A stretch of 13,563 nucleotides of DNA from positions 1 to 13,563 of the forward strand of contig JBHICG010000080.1 in NCBI GenBank assembly GCA_046759445.1, read 5' to 3'. The translations under genes and the position numbers were made by a program. The notes under the pieces were generated by a model. That model searched no databases. It was given only the letters and a program-made list of their open reading frames with translations, and was not told the origin of the DNA. The stretch's first letter is position 1. Each line of letters opens with the position of its first letter. Source of the DNA: Candidatus Scalinduaceae bacterium. GTDB taxonomy: Bacteria; Planctomycetota; Brocadiia; Brocadiales; Scalinduaceae. Of the stretch, positions 1 to 7,183 are shown piece after piece.

Positions 1-55
1 ACCAGTGACCCCTTGCTTGTCGAGCAAGTGCTCTAGCCAACTGAGCTAATCGCCC
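1..55 (-). tRNA. tRNA-Val (anticodon GAC), 3' part cut off by the window start
   Basis: The reverse complement reads GGGCGAT-TA-GCTC-AGTTGGCTA-GAGC-A-CTTGC-TCGACAA-GCAAG-GGGTC-ACTGG-T. This gives the acceptor 5' strand, D-arm, a perfect 5-bp anticodon stem with a 7-nt loop centred on GAC, a short variable loop and the start of the T-arm. Confidence 0.95.
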
Positions 56-152
56 CTATATTAAAGTTGTCGAATATTGAACAAAAATAAACAACTCCAT
101 CCATAAAGATACTTCACAATTTGTAGTTCTTTCATTCTTCTTTATACTTTGT

Positions 153-183
153 ATTATATTAACAAAGCTTGATACAGTGTCAA
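153..183 (-). promoter_or_regulatory. Putative sigma-70 promoter for the tRNA-Val gene
   Basis: Minus strand TTGACA (183-178), then TAATAT after 16 nt (preceded by TG-n) or TATAAT after 19 nt. It lies about 100 nt upstream of the tRNA 5' end. Confidence 0.55.
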
Positions 184-330
184 GGATTTTCAAAAATGAT
201 TCTACATATTTGTTTTTATGTAAAATATTCGTGTTTGCCTTTACCAAATGGCCTTTTATTATATGTCAGTAAGTCTAAAATTATGCAAATTAGAAGTAAA
301 GAAGCTAAATAAATAGTTAGGAAAATAAAG

Positions 331-359
331 TTGTAAAAATATACACTTTTATTGATAAT
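331..359 (+). promoter_or_regulatory. Possible sigma-70 promoter for nadA
   Basis: TTGTAA (331-336)-N17-GATAAT (354-359). The AT-rich context makes a chance match possible. Confidence 0.35.
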
Positions 360-481
360 ATGTATTCATGGCACTGCTCTTACAATTAACCCTGAAGTAT
401 TAATGCAACAAATGATGAATATTAATAATACTCATACACGTTTTTGTTTAATAAAAAAAACAACTTCTACGGGGCAAAAAA

Positions 482-1390
482 TTGTCTGATCCAATTGTTG
501 AAAGGATTTCTGAGCTTAAGAAAAAACATAATGCAATCATCCTGGCACACAATTATCAACGCGGTGAGATTCAAGATATTGCTGATTTTGTTGGTGATTC
601 TTTAGGGCTATCACAGCAGGCTGCAAAAACAGATGCGAACCTAATAGTTTTTTGTGGTGTCCATTTCATGGCTGAGACGGCTGCAATATTGTGCCCGGAT
701 AAGACCGTTATCATGCCAGACGAAAATGCCGGATGCCCAATGGCATCTATGATCACAGTAAAGGAACTGAGAGAGAAAAAGAGACTTCTTCCAAATACCA
801 AGGTTGTTTGTTACGTTAATAGCACTGCTGCTGTTAAGGCAGAAAGTGATATATGTTGTACATCATCAAATGCAATGAAGATTGTATCGTCTATCCCTGA
901 AGATGTGGATATATTATTTGTCCCTGACAAGAGCCTCGGTGCATATGTTTCATCATGCTTAAACCGAAAAATGATCTTCTGGGATGGATATTGCCCCTCT
1001 CACCACAGGATACTTGCTGAACAATTAGTTAAATTAAAATCCTTGCATCCAAATGCAAAAGTTGTTGTGCATCCTGAGTGCACACCTGATGTGATTTCTC
1101 TGGCAGATCATGTTGCAAGTACCACAGGAATTGTAAAGTATGCTAGTAGCAACCATACAAAGGAATTCATAATCGGCACTGAAATCGGAATACTGCACCG
1201 GTTGTGTAAAGAAAACCCTGATAAGATATTTATACCTGTAACACCTCTGTCTGATTGTCCAAATATGAAATTAAATACACTGGAAAAAGTATTGTGGTCA
1301 CTGGAGGATCTTCAATTCGTAGTCACAGTCCCGGAAGAAATTACAACAAAGGCAAGACAGACAATTCAAAGGATGTTAGACCTATCATGA
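482..1390 (+). CDS. nadA: Quinolinate synthase NadA ([4Fe-4S] enzyme, NAD de novo biosynthesis)
   Basis: 302 aa, TTG start. Motifs ILAHNYQ, ADFVGDSLGL, VFCGVHFMAETA, AGCPMA, YVNSTAAVKA, CCTSSNA, HPEC and GTEIG. The three cluster-ligand Cys lie in AGCPM, GYCPSH and DCPNMK. Confidence 0.97.
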   Translation: MSDPIVERISELKKKHNAIILAHNYQRGEIQDIADFVGDSLGLSQQAAKTDANLIVFCGVHFMAETAAILCPDKTVIMPDENAGCPMASMITVKELREKKRLLPNTKVVCYVNSTAAVKAESDICCTSSNAMKIVSSIPEDVDILFVPDKSLGAYVSSCLNRKMIFWDGYCPSHHRILAEQLVKLKSLHPNAKVVVHPECTPDVISLADHVASTTGIVKYASSNHTKEFIIGTEIGILHRLCKENPDKIFIPVTPLSDCPNMKLNTLEKVLWSLEDLQFVVTVPEEITTKARQTIQRMLDLS

Positions 1391-1573
1391 ATAAGATATT
1401 CGTTATTCTCTTACTGTTAAATATCTTGACTCTTTGGATAGAAAACTTATCTAAAAAAATATAAACATAAAATAACTTTCTTTTTATATCTAACAGGCTT
1501 CAAAACATATCATTATATTACGATCGTTCAACCGTTCATGCTGTTACCGTTTCAACTACACAACCTTTAACAT

Positions 1574-4552
1574 TTACAAATATTCCTTAAGATACTTTCC
1601 CGTATAAGACTTTCTTAATTTAACAATATCTTCCGGTGTGCCACATCCTACCACATAACCACCTTCATCCCCACCTTCAGGGCCAAGGTCAATGATGTGG
1701 TCAGCACATTTTATGACATCAAGATTGTGTTCAATAACAATAACGGAGTGCCCATTATTAACAAGCTTCTGGAAACAATCAAGCAGTTTGCTTATATCAT
1801 CAAAATGCAAACCTGTTGTAGGTTCATCAAACACAAAAAGTATTTGCTCACCTTTTCCCTTTGCCATATAAGTTGCCAATTTTAATCGTTGTGCTTCACC
1901 CCCAGAAAGTGTTGTTGCTGGTTGTCCCAATCTTAGATAACCTAAGCCTGTATCCTCAAGGTACTGCAAACCTTTTTTAATTTGTGACATTTCTCTAAAT
2001 AAACTCTTACGGCTTCCAATGTTTAACTCTTGCCTGATACGTGTAGAAAAGAATTCTATCGCCTCTCTAATAGTCATTTCCAAAACTTCATGAATGTCTT
2101 TCCCTTTATAGCTAACTTCTAGAATATCTTTCCCGTAGCGTTTACCATTACATTGGTCACAAGTCATATATACGTCAGCAAGAAACTGCATATCCACTTT
2201 TATATAACCACATCCTTCGCAAAAATCACATCTACCACCTTTAACATTAAAAGAAAAAGACCTCGGAGTATAATTGCGTAACCTTGCTTCTCTGGTAGAT
2301 GCGAATATTTTTCTAATAAAATCAAATACCTTTACGTATGTAACCGGATTTGACCTGGGTGTTCGACCAATGGGTGATTGATCAACCATAATTATGTCAT
2401 CTATATTCCCGTTAATATTTATTTCTTTATAGCTTCCAATAAAGCCATGATAAGTTCCCATCTTCCTTTTGATGGCACTGTACAGGGTATCCTGTACAAT
2501 GCTACTCTTGCCAGAACCTGACACACCCGTTACACAAGTAAGTACCTTAAGGGGAAAGCACACATCAATATTTTTCAAATTGTTTTCTGACGCCCCTATA
2601 ATCTCGATATTATCTCGTGAGATCTTTCTCCTGAATGAAGGCAATTCTATCTTCTTTTTATTTTTTAAATATTGTCCCGTTAGCGAGCAATTTCTAGAAG
2701 GTATGTCTTTAGCGTGTCCCACATAAACAACCTCACCACCATTCTTGCCCGCTCCAGGACCAAGGTCTATAAGAAAATCTGCAGACTTGATCATTTCTTT
2801 ATCGTGCTCGACAACTATAACTGTGTTTCCAATATCTCGAAGTTGTTTTAGTATATTGATAAGACGTTTAGTATCTCTTGAGTGCAACCCAATACTTGGT
2901 TCATCCAGTATATACAATGTATTAACAAGTGATGCGCCAAGTGAAGTAGTCAGATTAACTCTTTGTGCCTCTCCTCCTGATAGAGTTCTAGTCATCCTGT
3001 CTAGCGTCAAATATCCCAAGCCAACCTTAACCATGTAACCAAGTCTCTTTTTTATCTCATGTAATATAATACTTGCCACTTCCATTTCTGGTTTAGTAAG
3101 TTTTATTCTTTGGAATAAAACATACGCATCATCGATGGATATCCTGCATATGTATGATATATTAAACTGATTAATCCTTACGTTATGAGCAGGCTGGCAT
3201 AATCTGCTACCATTACATTCTGAACATATTGTATAACATCGATATTTACTAAGAAACACTCTAACATGCAACTTATACTTCTTTTCCTCTAACCAATCGA
3301 AAAATTCTTTGATACCACAAAAATCTTTTGTACCTTCTATGATTAATTTTACCTGGGCTTTCGTCAATTCATTAAAAGGTGTATCAAGGGGAATATTATA
3401 TTTGGGTGCAATCATCTGTAATTCTTCAAGTAAACTACAATAAGCAGGCGTATTCCAGGGAGCTATAGCACCTTCATTAAGAGTCTTTGTTTTATCTGGC
3501 ACTACAAGGCCCATATCTATCTCGATAATATGGCCAAAACCCTGGCATCTTGGACAAGCACCCAAGGGATTATTAAAGGAAAACAAATGGGGTGTTAGTA
3601 CTTTGTATTCAATATTGCAATTATTACAACAGAAATGACTGCTAAATAGCAATTTAATCCACTTTTTATTGTCTATAAAAACAGGCTTAACCTTTTTATT
3701 TGTACGTGTGCTGATAAAAGGAATTGTTTTGATAACTCTATCTTTAATAAATTTTTTACCGTTCTTACCTTTTAGATATACATTTGGCTGGTATCTATTA
3801 GATGAAGTCTTATTGGTTTTAAAATTGCCTTCAGTCAAAATGAAAATACTTAAATAGCCAAAACCCAGTCTGTACGCTGTTTCAAGACCGTCTAATAAAC
3901 GCCCCTTTAATCCCTTCCGCACCACCAATCTATCTACTACTCCTGCAACTGAACTATATTTGCGTATATCAAAGGCTTTTGATGGAGATGAAAGATCTAT
4001 TATATTATTGTCTGCAAGGATTCTGATAATGCCCCGTTCCTTTAAAGCAGAAACTTGTATTTTATCAGAGATCTTCTTGTTGGTTGCAACCGGAAACGTA
4101 ATTAAAAATCTAGTGCCCTCTGGAAATGACAATACACAATCTGATATCTGAGTGACTGTATCACTTTGAACAATTTCCCCACACTTTATGCAGTAAGTCT
4201 TACCTATACGCGCAAAAAGGAGTCGCAGATAATCATTTATTTCGGTTGCAGTTCCGACTGTGGAGCGACGGTTCTTTACAGGATTCTTTTGTTCAATTGC
4301 AATAGCAGGAGGTATACCTTCTATATGGTCTACGTCAGGCTTGTCAACCCTTTCCAGAAACTGACGGGCATATGCTGAAAAAGATTCCACATATCGCCTC
4401 TGTCCTTCAGCGTATAGGGTATCAAAGGCCAGACTTGATTTGCCTGAGCCACTAACACCCGTTATCACAGTTAGTTTGCGTAAAGGAATTTCTACATCAA
4501 TGTTTTTTAGGTTGTGAACTTTAATGCCACGAACAACTATTGACTTTCTCAT
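1574..4552 (-). CDS. uvrA: Excinuclease ABC subunit A (UvrA)
   Basis: 992 aa. Two Walker A motifs (TGVSGSGKS), two LSGGEAQR signatures, Walker B motifs [10 protein letters not shown] and [40 protein letters not shown] before Zn-finger CxxC pairs (CPRC, CDFC) plus CSEC and CDQC, and C-terminal [11 protein letters not shown]. Confidence 0.97.
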   Translation of the reverse strand: MRKSIVVRGIKVHNLKNIDVEIPLRKLTVITGVSGSGKSSLAFDTLYAEGQRRYVESFSAYARQFLERVDKPDVDHIEGIPPAIAIEQKNPVKNRRSTVGTATEINDYLRLLFARIGKTYCIKCGEIVQSDTVTQISDCVLSFPEGTRFLITFPVATNKKISDKIQVSALKERGIIRILADNNIIDLSSPSKAFDIRKYSSVAGVVDRLVVRKGLKGRLLDGLETAYRLGFGYLSIFILTEGNFKTNKTSSNRYQPNVYLKGKNGKKFIKDRVIKTIPFISTRTNKKVKPVFIDNKKWIKLLFSSHFCCNNCNIEYKVLTPHLFSFNNPLGACPRCQGFGHIIEIDMGLVVPDKTKTLNEGAIAPWNTPAYCSLLEELQMIAPKYNIPLDTPFNELTKAQVKLIIEGTKDFCGIKEFFDWLEEKKYKLHVRVFLSKYRCYTICSECNGSRLCQPAHNVRINQFNISYICRISIDDAYVLFQRIKLTKPEMEVASIILHEIKKRLGYMVKVGLGYLTLDRMTRTLSGGEAQRVNLTTSLGASLVNTLYILDEPSIGLHSRDTKRLINILKQLRDIGNTVIVVEHDKEMIKSADFLIDLGPGAGKNGGEVVYVGHAKDIPSRNCSLTGQYLKNKKKIELPSFRRKISRDNIEIIGASENNLKNIDVCFPLKVLTCVTGVSGSGKSSIVQDTLYSAIKRKMGTYHGFIGSYKEININGNIDDIIMVDQSPIGRTPRSNPVTYVKVFDFIRKIFASTREARLRNYTPRSFSFNVKGGRCDFCEGCGYIKVDMQFLADVYMTCDQCNGKRYGKDILEVSYKGKDIHEVLEMTIREAIEFFSTRIRQELNIGSRKSLFREMSQIKKGLQYLEDTGLGYLRLGQPATTLSGGEAQRLKLATYMAKGKGEQILFVFDEPTTGLHFDDISKLLDCFQKLVNNGHSVIVIEHNLDVIKCADHIIDLGPEGGDEGGYVVGCGTPEDIVKLRKSYTGKYLKEYL

Positions 4553-4866
4553 GTATGTTTATGGCTAAACCAGTTATGCTTTAAAGACTTTCTTCCCCTG
4601 GGTTTCGTTCCTTATCATAGTAATTGTGGGAAGCTTTTAAGAATTCAGGGTTGAAATTAAAATAATCTTCACAGGATGCTTATGTTGACATGATTTTACT
4701 GATGAGTATCAATCTCTCAACCACACTATTTCAAAGATTTTTTTACACATTTGGAATGTGAATAATTCATTTAATTAACTACATGGGATACGCCCTAGCA
4801 TTTATGCTCTCTTGTTGCCCACGCCTCATCCAAATCAAAAGTATAGTAGTTGAATTATTTCGTCAC

Positions 4867-5077
4867 GAACAATGTAGGACAATTTTATTCCCTTTCTTTT
4901 AGCTCTTTATATTTTCTACATAGTTCCTTCCACAATGTTCGAATAATCATTAAGTTCTTACCATTAAATACCCATACTTGTTATTTCGAACATTCCTTTA
5001 CCTCCAGGTTTTATCCCATCTTTTTCAGACAATTGCTTATTCCACCTCGTAGGTGGGATTGGTGAGAAACTATGTAG
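4867..5077. repeat. Cluster of short inverted and dispersed repeats (RAACWATGTAG x3 plus hairpins)
   Basis: GAACAATGTAG at 4867-4877 (+), GAACTATGTAG at 4926-4916 (-), AAACTATGTAG at 5067-5077 (+). Perfect 10-bp inverted repeat AATGTTCGAA 4934-4943 / TTCGAACATT 4985-4994. Hairpin ATTCCACCT-CGT-AGGTGGGAT at 5039-5059. Confidence 0.55.
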
Positions 5078-6964
5078 TTAGGTTTTAAACTGTATTCTAT
5101 AAAGTTTACTATATTCACCTTCATTCATTTTTATTAACTCCTCATGTGTGCCAGACTCAACAATGCAACCATTCTTTAATACAACAATTCTGTCTGCATG
5201 ACTTATAGTTGACAAGCGATGTGCTATAACAAACGTTGTCTTGCCCTCCATCAAGTTGTCCAGCGCTTCTTGTACAAGCTTTTCAGATTCAGAATCTAAA
5301 GAAGATGTGGCCTCATCTAAAATTAAGATAGGCGCATTCTTTAAAATTGCTCTTGCTATAGTTATCCGTTGCTTCTGTCCACTAGAGAGTTTTACACCTT
5401 GCTCTCCTACTAAGGTATCATAATTCCTTGGAAGACTCATTATAAAATCATGTATATTAGCCGCTCTTGCCGCACACTTTATTTCTTCGAAACTTGCATT
5501 CTTACGTCCATACAAAATGTTATCAGCAAAACTTCTATTAAAGAGGAACGGTTGCTGGCCAACAATTGCAATTTGTTCTAAAAGTGAATCACACTTTATC
5601 AAATTAATATCTATACCATCAATTTCAATAGACCCACTTAAAGGAACATAAAAGCGAGGAATAAGATCTAGCAAGGTAGATTTCCCAGCCCCACTTTCTC
5701 CCACAATAGCAATTAACTGTCCCTTACTCACTGTTAGATTAATATCCTTGAGAACCAATATACAGTCGTATGAAAAATTCATGTTTTTAAATACAATATC
5801 TTTCTCTATCTTTTTTAATTCCACAGCATCTGGGTGGTCAGTGATTGATGGTTTCTGGTCGAGTAACTCAAAAATTCTTTTCGCACCAGCTAATGATTGT
5901 TGAAGGTTACCATAACATTTGGCTAGTTTTTTTATTGATGTGAATACCATAAAACCTGTTACTGTAACAAACCCACCAAGTTCACCCGGGGCTATCCTTT
6001 TTGTGGTAACAACATAACCACCAAAGATTATGACTGCAGCTAGCCCCAGTGAATAAACAAATTCAGTAGTACTCGTATTCAGAGCTTTCGCCTTAACTGT
6101 CTGCATCACCTGTTTAAAGAATCTGGAATTTATATTTCTGAATTCCATACTCTCCTCATTTTCCATCTTAAACGCCTTTACTATCCTTATTCCCATAAAC
6201 ATTTCTCGCAGTGCATCAGTTAATTCTCCCAAATACCTTAAGCTTCTCATGCCGTATTTCTTTATCTTCCTACCAAATACCAAAACTGGCAATACAATAA
6301 GAGGAAATACAACAAAAGTTAATAGTGACAACTTCCAACTGAAATAGAATGCCAGCCCCAAGCCACATAAAAAACGCATTGGCTGAAGAATAACACTATC
6401 AAACAAAATCGTAAGACCATATTGCGTTGTTGTAATATCATTAGTCAGCCTGGAGATCAAATCACCGCTCTTCCTTTCTTCAAAATAACTTAATGACTGT
6501 GGTAGTAAATGTTCACATAGTTGATTACGAATATCAACGAGTACACCCCATATAACACGATTCTTACAATACTCTTGAAAATAGTTAGAGACAAATAAAA
6601 AAGGAGCTATAACTGCAGCAAGGATGCCAATAAAAGTAAATGAACTTGTCAGCTTCTTTAACAATTTGTCTAATTTCGACAAGAATGCTGTATTCTTAAT
6701 CTTGGCAAAGGTTTTTTCTCTAAAACTTTTTACTCCTGCTATAGTATCTTTTTGCTCTTCCATGCTATATTCTTCGGAGGAATAGCTAACTGTGCCATCC
6801 TCTACCAAACGATCTATCACAGGTTTTACTAAAGCTAATTGAACACCATTGAATAACGTAAAAAGAAACATACAGGTTAATGCTAATAAAGCCATTCCCC
6901 AATGCGGTTTAACATATGAAAATAGTCTGGTACATTCACTTATCATGTTACTCTTTTTCAACAT
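5078..6964 (-). CDS. msbA: ABC transporter fused permease/ATPase, MsbA-like (probable lipid A/LPS flippase)
   Basis: 628 aa. N-terminal multi-TM domain with SGDLISRLTND and GIRIVKAF; C-terminal NBD with GESGAGKST, Q-loop VGQQPFLF, signature LSSGQKQR, ILILDEATSSLD and IAHRLST. The MsbA assignment is supported by the divergent lptF/G neighbour, but the substrate is inferred. Confidence 0.8.
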   Translation of the reverse strand: MLKKSNMISECTRLFSYVKPHWGMALLALTCMFLFTLFNGVQLALVKPVIDRLVEDGTVSYSSEEYSMEEQKDTIAGVKSFREKTFAKIKNTAFLSKLDKLLKKLTSSFTFIGILAAVIAPFLFVSNYFQEYCKNRVIWGVLVDIRNQLCEHLLPQSLSYFEERKSGDLISRLTNDITTTQYGLTILFDSVILQPMRFLCGLGLAFYFSWKLSLLTFVVFPLIVLPVLVFGRKIKKYGMRSLRYLGELTDALREMFMGIRIVKAFKMENEESMEFRNINSRFFKQVMQTVKAKALNTSTTEFVYSLGLAAVIIFGGYVVTTKRIAPGELGGFVTVTGFMVFTSIKKLAKCYGNLQQSLAGAKRIFELLDQKPSITDHPDAVELKKIEKDIVFKNMNFSYDCILVLKDINLTVSKGQLIAIVGESGAGKSTLLDLIPRFYVPLSGSIEIDGIDINLIKCDSLLEQIAIVGQQPFLFNRSFADNILYGRKNASFEEIKCAARAANIHDFIMSLPRNYDTLVGEQGVKLSSGQKQRITIARAILKNAPILILDEATSSLDSESEKLVQEALDNLMEGKTTFVIAHRLSTISHADRIVVLKNGCIVESGTHEELIKMNEGEYSKLYRIQFKT

Positions 6965-7018
6965 ATGTGCATATAACTGCTAAATTATAACCGAATTAAA
7001 TAGTAATTTCTCAAAATG

Positions 7019-7046
7019 ATGGTATCATACAAAAGCATTTTGTCAA
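7019..7046 (-). promoter_or_regulatory. Putative sigma-70 promoter for the msbA-like gene
   Basis: Minus strand TTGACA (7046-7041)-N16-TACCAT (7024-7019) with a TG-n extended -10, about 55 nt upstream of the ATG at 6964. Confidence 0.55.
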
Positions 7047-7102
7047 CATTGATTGCACCCTTCTCAGCATACACTATAAAAAAATCCCTAAAATATTTCT
7101 TA

Positions 7103-7132
7103 TTGACCTATTCAAAGTAAGACAGATATAAT
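7103..7132 (+). promoter_or_regulatory. Putative sigma-70 promoter for the lptF/G-like gene
   Basis: TTGACC (7103-7108)-N18-TATAAT (7127-7132), about 50 nt upstream of the start codon. Confidence 0.55.
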
Positions 7133-7183
7133 TAAATTTTAGATCTTAAAATTTTGTATTTTATATAACAACAAAAATTTTGA

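Noticed and set aside
56..247. 63-aa minus-strand ORF upstream of the tRNA
   Set aside because: No recognisable motifs, AT-rich, and it overlies the putative tRNA promoter.
1255..1464. 69-aa ORF overlapping the 3' end of nadA
   Set aside because: The first 44 codons are an off-frame overlap with nadA. Only the portion from ATG 1387 was kept, as a finding.
1525..1555. Short repeats CGTTCA / CGTTCA / CGTTTCA
   Set aside because: Only 6-7 bp units with irregular spacing, too short to call a repeat element or CRISPR remnant.
1697..4378. Several 62-97 aa plus-strand ORFs inside uvrA
   Set aside because: Antisense shadows of a conserved gene with no independent motifs.
4553..5000. LexA/SOS box upstream of uvrA (several GAAC/GTTC half-sites)
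   Set aside because: Spacings do not fit GAAC-N4-GTTC, GTTC-N7-GTTC, TGTTC-N4-GAACA or CTGT-N8-ACAG.
5039..5059. Hairpin as an intrinsic terminator for msbA
   Set aside because: On the msbA strand the stem has a C-A mismatch and no U-tract follows. It was kept only as part of the repeat cluster.
4850..5065. 71-aa plus-strand ORF in the spacer
   Set aside because: TTG start, no RBS, no recognisable domain, and it overlies the repeat cluster.
4773..5083. Integron attC-like site (minus-strand ACCTAAC over the msbA stop, and GTTAATT at 4779-4773)
   Set aside because: About 310 bp apart, far longer than attC sites. The R' box is imperfect, there is no integrase, and a housekeeping gene is an implausible cassette.
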